Of a stretch of 61,010 nucleotides of DNA, positions 40,941 to 49,172 are shown one piece after another (within the stretch, counting starts at the first letter, position 1; the number at the start of each line of letters is the position of its first letter). This stretch comes from a virus. The DNA lies in the IMG/VR virus record IMGVR_UViG_3300027554_000001; one strand, 5' to 3'. A program made the position numbers and the translations under genes. The notes under the pieces are model-generated. The model did no database searches. It was not told where the DNA came from and saw only the letters and a program-made list of their open reading frames with translations.

Positions 40941-42742
40941 CCCTGCGCGTTCGAGGGCTGACAGGCGGCGAGACGGAGCTTATCGTCGGGCCGCACACGA
41001 TCCCGATCAGCGGCGCCGATTACGATGTGACGCTGACGGCGGCGCAGGAAGATGCGCTCGATGTGGCGCTGACGACGATCACGGTCGGTGGCGTGTCACG
41101 CGCTGTGAAGTTGTTCGTGGCGCCGCCGTCTGTGCCCGTGCTGCTGTTCGATGGCTCGCCGCTCGAAGGTGCCACGCTCGAAGCCGGGCAGCGCGCAATC
41201 GGTTGGCTGCATGACAACGCACCCGACGACATGCGATGGGATCTGTGGATCGGTGACGTGGATCAAGGGCCGAGCGTGACCGGTTCGACGCGCAGCATCG
41301 CCGCATCGCTCAGTGCCGGGACGCGTATCGCACGCTTGTACTTCTGGCGCGACAGCGTCGGGTACGATCCGGATCAGTTCGTGGAGGCGTCGTTCACGGT
41401 CGAGGGTGCCAGCGGCGCAACGACATTCGCGCAGATCCGCTCCGGGGTGACCGGGCTCACCGCCGTGCCCAACTTCCCATTGGCGGGCGAGAATCGGTAC
41501 GGCGAATATCACCTCGCGGAATGGCTGATCCAGAACCCGGATGCGCGGTACTGGACGGTCGATGAGTCGGCGGAGACGGTCACGCTTGTGGCCCGTCCGC
41601 AGAAGCCTGGCAATTCGGTAGTGCTGCCGTCGCCGTCAGGCGGTGATGACACCTCGGCGATCCGGGCAATGCTGGACGCCAATGTAGGGGCATCTTTCGA
41701 CGGCCAAGGGCGCTTGTACCAGATAAATGCGTTGTCTTTAAATGGCGCATGCGATCTATTCGACATGCGCGTCTCGCCGCGCGGTGCGGATACGTTCCGG
41801 GTCTTCGGCGACAATGTCAGATTCTTTGATATTCGCATCGATGGCGCCGGACGATCAGACGTAGAGTACGGCTGGGTTCTCTACAACACATCGAACGGAT
41901 GCGAGATCATCGACTGCGAAATTAAGGACTGCCGCACGACGACTGGCAGAAACTTTTCGGCTGTGCGCAGTCGCGGCGCGACCAACTGGCGAGCGGTCGG
42001 CAATACATTCGAAAATCTTCTCGGCGACCGCGAAGGAGATAACAGCTCGCCGTTCTCCGCGCAGGCCAATTCATTCATCGTCAACTCGTCAGATGATCAC
42101 CCTGCCGGAAACGGCTTGCTGGCGCTTAACACGGTCACAAACTTACAGAGCAACGGCGCACGCGATGACGCCGAGTTCATCAAGCTGCAGGACTGCACGA
42201 GCTACACGAGAGACGCATTCAAGATATTCGCGAACCGCTGCATCAATGCAGGAAAGCGATTTATCAAAGCGCAGGGTGTTGGTGGCGTGCTTGCAATCGC
42301 GAATCACTACGACTGGACAGAAGACGCCGGCGCGCTCGGCACGCGTAAGAAGAACACGCTGCTCAGCGTGCAATTCAACGACACCAGCGATGTGCATCTA
42401 GCGCACACGCGCTCACGGTTCGAAGTGACCGCTAATTACGACGGCGCGTTCCTGACAATGGCGAACGGCGGCACGGGCGAGCGACGCATCGAGATCATCT
42501 CGAACGACCTGTACATCAGCGGCCAGATCCCGGACGATCGCTTCAAGACATCACTTATCAGGGTGGCGGGCAGCGGCAGCAGCTCGCCGAGTCACGGTCA
42601 TGCATTTCAGCGAAACCGCGTGTACGGGCCGGGCGAATTGCCTTATCTATATAATATAGAAGACCCCGGATGGGCTCTGGAAGATTTCAACCCGGAGGGC
42701 AATGTGATAGAGATTTCCGTCGGAGTGCGGGACGTCAGGTAA
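40937..42742 (+). CDS. Tailspike, right-handed beta-helix (pectate-lyase-like) depolymerase candidate
   Basis: GTGA coupling; 601 aa. 'GGDDTSAIRAMLDANVG' plus Asn/Gly-rich coils. N-terminus shared with 15791..16819. A 60-nt sample of the 3' half counted about 47% GC. Confidence 0.75.
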   Translation: MTLRVRGLTGGETELIVGPHTIPISGADYDVTLTAAQEDALDVALTTITVGGVSRAVKLFVAPPSVPVLLFDGSPLEGATLEAGQRAIGWLHDNAPDDMRWDLWIGDVDQGPSVTGSTRSIAASLSAGTRIARLYFWRDSVGYDPDQFVEASFTVEGASGATTFAQIRSGVTGLTAVPNFPLAGENRYGEYHLAEWLIQNPDARYWTVDESAETVTLVARPQKPGNSVVLPSPSGGDDTSAIRAMLDANVGASFDGQGRLYQINALSLNGACDLFDMRVSPRGADTFRVFGDNVRFFDIRIDGAGRSDVEYGWVLYNTSNGCEIIDCEIKDCRTTTGRNFSAVRSRGATNWRAVGNTFENLLGDREGDNSSPFSAQANSFIVNSSDDHPAGNGLLALNTVTNLQSNGARDDAEFIKLQDCTSYTRDAFKIFANRCINAGKRFIKAQGVGGVLAIANHYDWTEDAGALGTRKKNTLLSVQFNDTSDVHLAHTRSRFEVTANYDGAFLTMANGGTGERRIEIISNDLYISGQIPDDRFKTSLIRVAGSGSSSPSHGHAFQRNRVYGPGELPYLYNIEDPGWALEDFNPEGNVIEISVGVRDVR

Positions 42743-42853
42743 CTCGGCGCATGCCTCGTACGCGCCGGTGTCCGGCGACCACTTTATCCGGCTGGCGGAC
42801 GCCGCCTGCGGGCCGATCTGAACCGCTCACCACAACACGCCCAGGAGAACCCC

Positions 42854-44092
42854 ATGGTCACCCCCACCACCATCACCGGCACGATCGATGTCGACCAGAA
42901 ATCCGGCACCGTCCGGATCGACTTTCAGCTACCGGATGCGCTGCTGTCGGGCGTCTCGCCGGACCCCGCACCGGCACCGCCGCCGCCCACGCCCCCGCCG
43001 CCCGTGCCCGCCCCCGGCCCGGTGCCGGGCACGGCGCCTGCCGCCGAACTGCAGCCCATCGGCACCGACGCGGTCGGCGACTGGGGCGTCGTCGGCGAAG
43101 TGCACCGTGTGCTCGTTGCTGGTGACATGCTCTACGTCGGCGGCGAGTTCGAGCAGATCGTGCACCTCGGGGGCGAGATGAAGAGGCGCCGGAACTTCGC
43201 GACTTTCGACCGGCGCACCGGCGAGCCGACCAATTTCGCGCCCGATTTCGACGGCGACGTACGCGCGCTGGCGCTGGCGCCGGACGGGCGCACGCTGTAC
43301 GTCGGCGGCGCGTTCAAGAGCGTCAACGGCGAGCCGCGGTCGCGCGTCGCCGCGCTCGACATCATCGACGGCGAGCTGACGGGCTGGAGTGCCGGCACGA
43401 TCAACCGCCCGCTCCGGGCGATCGCGGTCGGCGAAAGCCGGGTGTTCATCGGCGGGATGTTCAGCCTTGTTGGCGGGCATGCCGTGTCGCACCTCGCTGC
43501 GCTCGATACAGGCACCGGCGCAACCTTCACCGGCTTCGATGCCCGACTGGACGACGACGTGAAAGCCCTCGTGCTGACAGGCGCCGGGCTGTGGGCCGGC
43601 GGCACGTTCGGATCGGCCGGCGGGCGGCGGCAGCGCGGGCTCGTGCTGCTGGATCCGTTCAGCGGCGCGCGCCTCGACAGCGCCGACGCATCGCACGACG
43701 TGATCGACCTCGCCGCCGATGCCGCCCAGCTGTACGTCGCGATCGGCGGGCCGGGCGGGCGGATGGCGGCTGTGAATCTCGTCAGCGGCGAGCAGGTGTG
43801 GGAGGTCGAAACGGACGGCAACGCGCAAGCCGTGGCTGTGGCCAAAGGGCGGCACGTCTACTTCGGCGGGCACTACGAGATAGTCGCAGGAAACAAGGAT
43901 GCCGACCGGCTGACCCGGCACGACAAGCGTACTGGCAAGATGGATGTGTCGTGGCTTCCGAAGGTGGACGGCATGCGCTCGATCAACGCGATCGACGTGA
44001 CGGCGGACGGGCTGTACGTCGGCGGCGACTTCAACCGCGTGGGCGGCGAGCCGCATCCGAAGCTGGCGATTCTGCCGGGCACGACGGGCTGA
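42854..44092 (+). CDS. Beta-propeller tail protein with Pro-rich linker
   Basis: AGGAG upstream. About 40-aa 'PAPAPPPPTPPPPVPAPGPVPG' linker, then repeated 'YVGGxFxxVxGxxRxxLAALD' blades. Confidence 0.65.
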   Translation: MVTPTTITGTIDVDQKSGTVRIDFQLPDALLSGVSPDPAPAPPPPTPPPPVPAPGPVPGTAPAAELQPIGTDAVGDWGVVGEVHRVLVAGDMLYVGGEFEQIVHLGGEMKRRRNFATFDRRTGEPTNFAPDFDGDVRALALAPDGRTLYVGGAFKSVNGEPRSRVAALDIIDGELTGWSAGTINRPLRAIAVGESRVFIGGMFSLVGGHAVSHLAALDTGTGATFTGFDARLDDDVKALVLTGAGLWAGGTFGSAGGRRQRGLVLLDPFSGARLDSADASHDVIDLAADAAQLYVAIGGPGGRMAAVNLVSGEQVWEVETDGNAQAVAVAKGRHVYFGGHYEIVAGNKDADRLTRHDKRTGKMDVSWLPKVDGMRSINAIDVTADGLYVGGDFNRVGGEPHPKLAILPGTTG

Positions 44093-44107
44093 CGAGCGAT
44101 CGGGCGG

Positions 44108-44320
44108 TTACGGCTGGACCCTCGGTGAGCACAGAAACAGCCACGTCACCGCCGAGGCCCCATCGCGCATCCGCGTGATCTGCCGCCAGCAGCGTATGCG
44201 TGTGTCGTGTCGGCGCATCATGTAGGCAGGCAGGCCGCGCTCACGGCTCAAGCATCGGCCAGAGTACAGCGCCAGGTCCGGGTCGCGGATGCGTTGCAGG
44301 TGGAAGTGGCGGGCGCTCAC
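44108..44320 (-). CDS. Hypothetical protein (70 aa)
   Basis: GTGA-coupled GTG 44320; high GC3 by hand; last gene of the leftward operon, converging on 42854..44092 with a 15-bp gap. Confidence 0.45.
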   Translation of the reverse strand: MSARHFHLQRIRDPDLALYSGRCLSRERGLPAYMMRRHDTRIRCWRQITRMRDGASAVTWLFLCSPRVQP

Positions 44321-44610
44321 CGGTCCGGCTCCCGCAACAGCACACGCATGCAGCGCCGCAGCCAGCACCGCCACGGCTGGTCGCTTCGCTTCTCGACGAT
44401 AGGCGTCTCCATTCGCGACTGTCGGCGCGACCAGTCGTTGTGGCTGGCGCTGTCCGGGAAATGGAAGCTCATGTAAGTGGTCTCATCAATGCTGCAAACG
44501 CTGTCGATAACGCCGCCGCTCGCCTTGAGCGTCGAGCAGAATGCGGCGTACTGACAGCGAGGAATGCGGTGGCCGCGACACTGGACGGCGGGACGAGATT
44601 GAAGGCTCAC
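44317..44610 (-). CDS. Hypothetical Cys-containing protein (97 aa)
   Basis: GTGA-coupled GTG 44610; high GC3 by hand; no family recognised. Confidence 0.45.
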   Translation of the reverse strand: MSLQSRPAVQCRGHRIPRCQYAAFCSTLKASGGVIDSVCSIDETTYMSFHFPDSASHNDWSRRQSRMETPIVEKRSDQPWRCWLRRCMRVLLREPDR

Positions 44611-44915
44611 CGGCCCGACTCCCGCCCCTTCACCGCAATCCAGTCGATCTCATCGACTGTCCACGACGCGCACGGATTATTGACCTCTCCTCTCCCCTTC
44701 ACCGCAATCCAGTCGATCTCATCGACTGTCCACGACGCGCACGGATTATTGACCTCTCCTCTCCCCTTCACCGCAATCCAGTCGATCTCATCGCGGATAG
44801 CCGATCCGATGACGTAGGGACTCCCCCAGCGGCCCGGCCGCGCAACGCTCACCGCTCTCTCCGGCATCCGCCAGCCTTTCGTGCGCTTTCGCTGGATGCG
44901 CTTCGGAGCGCTCAC
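44607..44915 (-). CDS. DUF4326-like protein carrying an in-frame 23-aa tandem duplication
   Basis: 'KRIQRKRTKGWRMPERAVSVARPGRWGSPYVIG' = DUF4326 N-terminal signature. Then 'DEIDWIAVKGRGEVNNPCASWTV' x2 plus a partial copy. Confidence 0.55.
   Translation of the reverse strand: MSAPKRIQRKRTKGWRMPERAVSVARPGRWGSPYVIGSAIRDEIDWIAVKGRGEVNNPCASWTVDEIDWIAVKGRGEVNNPCASWTVDEIDWIAVKGRESGR
44625..44793. repeat. Perfect 69-bp tandem repeat, 2.45 copies
   Basis: Unit CCCCTTCACCGCAATCCAGTCGATCTCATCGACTGTCCACGACGCGCACGGATTATTGACCTCTCCTCT at 44625, 44694 and (31 nt) 44763. No mismatches seen. Confidence 0.9.
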
Positions 44916-45166
44916 CGGACCGGCCCACGGCCCGCCAGCTCATCCGGCACGACCACGTACCAGTCCGGTGGGCGCAGATCACCGAGGCCCTGGCCGACCC
45001 AGCGCACGGGCTGGTCGCCTACTGCATCGATACGGTAGACAGGCGCGAAGTGCCGGCGATACCAGCCGTGCACGATGACGCTCTCGTCGTACCGGCCGTG
45101 CTCGTCGTCGTGCTGGCGTGCGACGGGTGGGGGCGTGGCGGCGGGGTGGGTGGCGAGGGTGGTCAT
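44912..45166 (-). CDS. Hypothetical protein (84 aa)
   Basis: ATGA coupling, AGGAG upstream; starts MTTLATHP (start cassette shared with 45855). Confidence 0.5.
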   Translation of the reverse strand: MTTLATHPAATPPPVARQHDDEHGRYDESVIVHGWYRRHFAPVYRIDAVGDQPVRWVGQGLGDLRPPDWYVVVPDELAGRGPVR

Positions 45167-45537
45167 AGGGTTGGCTCCTGGCCCGCATGCCATGCGTTCG
45201 ATGCTGTAATAAGCTCCTGAATCCGTCCAGACAGGCGCATGCCCTGCGCGGCGTCGCGGCCCATGACGAGCTGCATGAGCAGGCCGGATATCTCGTGCTC
45301 GCGGTCGTGCTGCTCGCGGTCGTCGGTAGCGTCGACGGGCTCAGCGGCAGGCGCGGGGCTGCCCGCACGGTTGGCCGCCTGCATCAGCCCGTCCAGTCGC
45401 AGGTGGTCGACCTCTCGCATGTTCGCGATGTTGTAGCCGTGCTGCTCGCTGGAGCGGCCGTCGTACAGGGTGTAGCCGGTGGCGTGCTTTTCGTAGCTGT
45501 AGCGGTCGGTCATGGCGGTGGTCTCGGTGGTGGTCAT
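45163..45537 (-). CDS. Hypothetical protein (124 aa)
   Basis: ORF track; starts MTTTETT after the conserved cassette CCACCCCCGAGCAATCCCC. Confidence 0.55.
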   Translation of the reverse strand: MTTTETTAMTDRYSYEKHATGYTLYDGRSSEQHGYNIANMREVDHLRLDGLMQAANRAGSPAPAAEPVDATDDREQHDREHEISGLLMQLVMGRDAAQGMRLSGRIQELITASNAWHAGQEPTL

Positions 45538-45570
45538 GGGGATTGCTCGGGGGTGGTATGCATTGCGTGG

Positions 45571-46092
45571 CTACTCGCCTGCCTCGTACAGGTCGAGCGC
45601 GTGTAGCTCATCGGACAGTCCCGACCAGTAGCTCGGGTCGTCAACGCGGTCAGGATCGAGGCGCCGCTCGAAGTCGGGCTCGTCATCCTCGTTCTCGCAC
45701 AGCAGCCACGCGCACAGCAGCACGTCGTCGCCTTCGAGGCGTACTGACATCGCCTCGCAGCCGACTGCGGAACCAGCCTGCAGCCACAGCGGCGCAATGG
45801 TCCGGGCATCGGGCGGGTTCGTGTCGGTGGTGGCGTGGATGGGGAGGGTGGTCATGGGGATTGCTCCGGGGGTGGGGGCAGGGATTGAATCGTACACATC
45901 CGGCAGCAGCGCCTGCAGCCGCTCCCGAATCCCGCGTGCACCGTCCTGCACGTCGCACACGCGGTTGAGCAGCGACCGGTGCTCGTCAGCCGGCGTCATC
46001 GCCCCGAGCGAGCCGTACGCCTCGCGCAGTGCCGTCTCTGCCACCACGACGAGCGTCAGCGCGCGGATGGTGTGGTGCTCGTCGCGAGTCAT
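45571..46092 (-). CDS. Hypothetical protein (173 aa), possibly two fused genes
   Basis: ATGA-coupled ATG 46092. An internal in-frame ATG 45855 is preceded by the same cassette (CCACCCCCGGAGCAATCCCC) that precedes gene 45537. Confidence 0.45.
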   Translation of the reverse strand: MTRDEHHTIRALTLVVVAETALREAYGSLGAMTPADEHRSLLNRVCDVQDGARGIRERLQALLPDVYDSIPAPTPGAIPMTTLPIHATTDTNPPDARTIAPLWLQAGSAVGCEAMSVRLEGDDVLLCAWLLCENEDDEPDFERRLDPDRVDDPSYWSGLSDELHALDLYEAGE

Positions 46093-46316
46093 GTTGCGCG
46101 AGCGCATCGCGGGTCGATCAGGCAGCCGGCGCGCGTCCGGATCATCTCCTCAGTCGCATCGGCCCGATCAGGAATGACGTCCAGTACAGCGGCCAGCCCC
46201 ATCTCCGCAGCCTCGATAGTCTTCCGCCGCTTCGTCGGTGTCAGTTTCATGCAGGCGATTTCCTTGTGCAGTCTGACGAGCAGTCGCGCCACTTCGTGTG
46301 TCTTTTCGGGAGTCAC
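46089..46316 (-). CDS. Hypothetical protein (75 aa)
   Basis: GTGA-coupled GTG 46316 within track ORF 46089..46391. Confidence 0.45.
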   Translation of the reverse strand: MTPEKTHEVARLLVRLHKEIACMKLTPTKRRKTIEAAEMGLAAVLDVIPDRADATEEMIRTRAGCLIDPRCARAT

Positions 46317-46600
46317 GACCCAACCTCCGGCAGCGCCACCAGCTCGCGCCAGCCGATGACGCGATCCTCGGTGCACCAGCGGCCGCCCCACCAGCCGACC
46401 AGGGCGCGGTCGACGTCATCGTCCGCCGTGACGATCGCAACCTCGTACTGGTCGTCGCGCTCCGGCTCATCCGTGCGCCAGCGGGCCATGTGCTCAGCGT
46501 AGGCCATGGCCGATTGCATACCGACCTGCTGCGGCGTTATCGGCCTGCTACGGGCCAGATCACACACGTACTCGCGCAGCCACTTCACATCGTGCTTCAC
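46313..46600 (-). CDS. Hypothetical protein, DUF551-like C-terminus
   Basis: GGAGG upstream of GTG 46600. 'ALVGWWGGRWCTEDRVIGWRELVALPE' resembles DUF551. Confidence 0.45.
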   Translation of the reverse strand: MKHDVKWLREYVCDLARSRPITPQQVGMQSAMAYAEHMARWRTDEPERDDQYEVAIVTADDDVDRALVGWWGGRWCTEDRVIGWRELVALPEVGS

Positions 46601-46809
46601 AACCTCACCTCCATCGCTCGTATTCGCTCTACCAGATCGGTCGCCGCGTCCGCCGCCTTGCCGCGCGTCTCTCGCTCCACATCACGCGCCAGCAGCCGCA
46701 GCGCACGCCGCACGATGGCGAGCTTCTCCGCGCTGCCGACGATGCCCAGCTCGCCGATCAGGATGTCCCCGGCTTGTATCAGCACGGGGTCGTCTTCGTT
46801 GATGCTCAT
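46597..46809 (-). CDS. Hypothetical protein (70 aa)
   Basis: ATGA coupling both ends; ORF track. Confidence 0.5.
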   Translation of the reverse strand: MSINEDDPVLIQAGDILIGELGIVGSAEKLAIVRRALRLLARDVERETRGKAADAATDLVERIRAMEVRL

Positions 46810-47375
46810 TCGCTCGCCTCCGCCAGCAACCGCTGCACACGCTCGATCTCATCCTGCGTATGCACCGTGCCGCCCGTGTTGAAGTCCAGGTAGTGCTGCA
46901 GCACCGCTGCCCGCGTCCGGTGTGAGTAGATCGCCACGCGAAAGCGCGAGATCGTGATGCGCGGCGTGTACGGCGTGCCGGCAAGATCGTCGACATGCAG
47001 CCCGAAAGGGCGCACCTCACCGTCCATGAATCCCATGACGGCCGTGATTCGCTGCAGCCCGTCCAGGCACACCAGGTCGGTCGTCAGGTCGGTCGGCTCG
47101 CGGGCGCGATGCGGGTCCCAGTCGGGCGCGTTGAATTGCACCGACATCGCGCTCGACGGCAGGATGCCGCGCAGGTGGTTCTCCAGAAACAGCCGCTGCT
47201 GATCGCTGGTCCACACGTGCCCGCGCTGGAAGTCGGGGTTCATGATCAGGCTGCCGCCTTCGCCGCACATGCCCCGCAGTTGCTCAAGAAAGCCCGACCA
47301 AGACGAATCGACCTCGTATGTCGATCGCACTACCGGCCGGATCAGCGCGTCCAGCGCCTCGCGCTTGTCACTCAC
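46806..47375 (-). CDS. Stand-alone DUF262 (GmrSD N-terminal / ParB-fold) protein
   Basis: 'NPDFQRGHVWTSDQQRLFLENHLRG' and 'VCLDGLQRITAVMGF' = DUF262 FQR..VW and DGxQR motifs. No DUF1524/HNH part. Confidence 0.7.
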   Translation of the reverse strand: MSDKREALDALIRPVVRSTYEVDSSWSGFLEQLRGMCGEGGSLIMNPDFQRGHVWTSDQQRLFLENHLRGILPSSAMSVQFNAPDWDPHRAREPTDLTTDLVCLDGLQRITAVMGFMDGEVRPFGLHVDDLAGTPYTPRITISRFRVAIYSHRTRAAVLQHYLDFNTGGTVHTQDEIERVQRLLAEASE

Positions 47376-47584
47376 AACGCCACCCCCAGCCGCTCGCACA
47401 TCTCCGCCACCGTGTACGCCTTCGGCTTCTCGTGACCTGCCGGCCTAAACCGCACCGCGCCGTCGTGATCCAGGCGGCAGGAGTAGTCCTGCTCCTCGGC
47501 TGCCAGGGCGGCGCAGAAACGCTCCACGCTCGTCTCGGGCGGCGCGTCGGCACCGCGGCCCTCGTGCATGTATCGGGTATTCAT
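47372..47584 (-). CDS. Hypothetical protein (70 aa)
   Basis: ATGA coupling; ORF track. Confidence 0.5.
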   Translation of the reverse strand: MNTRYMHEGRGADAPPETSVERFCAALAAEEQDYSCRLDHDGAVRFRPAGHEKPKAYTVAEMCERLGVAL

Positions 47585-47892
47585 TCGCTTGCCTCCTCGG
47601 TCGGCCTGTCAATCCACGTCTCGCCCACAAGCTGCTCCTCCATCGCCTCCATCCCGCCGATCAGCCAGCCGACGTACGGCTCCTCGTGCTCGCCGCCGTC
47701 TGACTCGATCCAGACAGTCGCGCCGATGCAGTCGTGCTCCGGATCATCCGGGTACACGCTGTCGGGCGATCGCATGTACACGTATCGGCTGCGGCGTGAC
47801 CCGTAGTAGTCCAGCCCCGGCTCGATGGCCGGATGGGATGTGGCCGCGTCGCGCCACGCCAGCGGGGCGGTGGCGGGGATGGCGGCGCTCAC
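47581..47892 (-). CDS. Hypothetical protein (103 aa)
   Basis: GTGA-coupled GTG 47892 within track ORF 47581..48009. Confidence 0.5.
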   Translation of the reverse strand: MSAAIPATAPLAWRDAATSHPAIEPGLDYYGSRRSRYVYMRSPDSVYPDDPEHDCIGATVWIESDGGEHEEPYVGWLIGGMEAMEEQLVGETWIDRPTEEASE

Positions 47893-48230
47893 GATTCGAC
47901 CTCGCGCGGCTCGATGCTGTCTATATGGCAGTCGCGGACATCCTTGCCAGGCGAGCCGTCCTTCTTCTCGATTCGATAGGCCGGACGCGCTCTGTAGCCA
48001 GCCATCCACCCCGCAAAAAACGCGGGCTTGCGCGCATCGTCTACACGGCTATAGGCGCGCGCGACGATCCAGACCGGATCGCCTTCCTTATAGCCGTGCT
48101 CGGCTTCCGCGATCTCGACTTGCAGCGAAGCCACGCGCCGCTCAGCCTCGCCAAGCGACCCACGCAGCTGCCCGGCCTTGCCTTTCGCCTGCTCCAGCTG
48201 GCGCTGCAGCTCTTCGATGTGCTTGGTCAT
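47889..48230 (-). CDS. Hypothetical coiled-coil protein (113 aa)
   Basis: ORF track; ATGA coupling. Confidence 0.55.
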   Translation of the reverse strand: MTKHIEELQRQLEQAKGKAGQLRGSLGEAERRVASLQVEIAEAEHGYKEGDPVWIVARAYSRVDDARKPAFFAGWMAGYRARPAYRIEKKDGSPGKDVRDCHIDSIEPREVES

Positions 48231-48505
48231 GCCGGCATCTCCATTTCCTCGAAAACGTGCCAGACGAAAGCCCCGTCTGGCGTCATGGCAGTGCCGACGT
48301 ACTCGGCGCGCGGATGCACGGGATGGCCCGTGCCGTAGACCCTGAGCCAGCGGGAGTGGCTATTCCTAGCGGTATCGCCGTCGACCCATACACACACCGC
48401 GTCCACCTGCATGCCAACGTGCACGATGCGGGCACCCATCGGAATCGCGATTTCTTGCGTGACGCCGAAGTCGATGGAGAACTTGTAGATGCGTCGGCTA
48501 CTCAT
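48227..48505 (-). CDS. Conserved phage hypothetical protein (92 aa)
   Basis: ATGA-coupled ATG 48505. 'IYKFSIDFGVTQEIAIPMGARIVHVGMQ...VWHVFEE' beta-rich family seen in many phages. Confidence 0.55.
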   Translation of the reverse strand: MSSRRIYKFSIDFGVTQEIAIPMGARIVHVGMQVDAVCVWVDGDTARNSHSRWLRVYGTGHPVHPRAEYVGTAMTPDGAFVWHVFEEMEMPA

Positions 48506-48828
48506 TCGCCCATCTCCCGCACATGCTCGATCGCCTGCCCATCCGGCACGTCCCGCCAGTCCGGCCACGTGCGCTGTCGATTGCGTGCCAGCTTTGCCCA
48601 CAGCGCCGCCTCGATCTCGTCCGGGCTGAATCCGGCACGCCATGCGCCGTCGAGCGCGAGAATCATCACGTCGACCCATTCGTACAGCAGGTCCTCGCCC
48701 TCGGCCGACTCGACCTCGACAAGCTCCTTTCGGATGTGCTGCAGGATGCCGGCGCGTCGCTTGCCAGGGCCGAAGGTCTCGCGGGAGAATGCGCGCTGCT
48801 CGGCGGCGTAGGCTGATATCGGGCGCAT
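48502..48828 (-). CDS. DUF550 / MazG-like dNTP pyrophosphohydrolase
   Basis: 'ILQHIRKELVEVESAEGEDLLYEWVDVMILALDGAWRAGFSPDEIEAALWAKLARNRQRTW' matches the DUF550 pattern. Confidence 0.65.
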   Translation of the reverse strand: MRPISAYAAEQRAFSRETFGPGKRRAGILQHIRKELVEVESAEGEDLLYEWVDVMILALDGAWRAGFSPDEIEAALWAKLARNRQRTWPDWRDVPDGQAIEHVREMGE

Positions 48829-49172
48829 CAGAAAGGCGGTTCTTCGAAGGCGTCGGCCGGCGCGGACTGCTGCGGTGCGGGCGCAACCCCGGCCCGGTCG
48901 ATCTTCCAGGCCTGCAAGCTCGTGAATACCTTGCCCTGGTCCGTCTGCTTTCCGCGCAGGTTGAACCGGACGCGCACCTCGTCGCCCACCGCGAAGTCAT
49001 TCAACAGATCGCACTTGTCCTGCGTCGTTTCCATCTTCGCGAGTTGAGGGTAGTTGCCATCTTCCAGCTCGATGACGAACTCGCGCACGCGGAAGGTGGC
49101 GCTGATCTCCCGCGCAGCTTTCGCCAGGTGAGTGATGCGGCCGGTGGCCTCGAAGTTGTTGCCGTTGCTCAT
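48828..49172 (-). CDS. DUF3127 OB-fold (SSB-like) protein
   Basis: GGAG upstream. 'FRVREFVIELEDGNYPQLAKMETTQDKCDLLNDFAVGDEVRVRFNLRGKQ...FTSLQAWKI' = DUF3127 signature. Confidence 0.7.
   Translation of the reverse strand: MSNGNNFEATGRITHLAKAAREISATFRVREFVIELEDGNYPQLAKMETTQDKCDLLNDFAVGDEVRVRFNLRGKQTDQGKVFTSLQAWKIDRAGVAPAPQQSAPADAFEEPPF

Noticed and set aside
44093-44107. Integrase, attP or a lysogeny module at the convergent junction of late and early-left operons
   Set aside because: There is only a 15-bp gap. No tyrosine or serine recombinase-like ORF appears here or anywhere in the six-frame track, and no S24/LexA-like repressor.
44625-44793. Could the 69-bp repeats be a CRISPR array?
   Set aside because: The units are directly abutting with no spacers, the unit length (69 bp) is far outside CRISPR repeat sizes, they are in frame within a CDS, and there are no cas genes.
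44200-44817. 205-aa + strand ORF spanning the 69-bp tandem repeat
   Set aside because: It is antisense to a chain of three GTGA-coupled minus-strand ORFs with good GC3 and a DUF4326-like N-terminus. Its product is low-complexity and Arg/Ala-rich.
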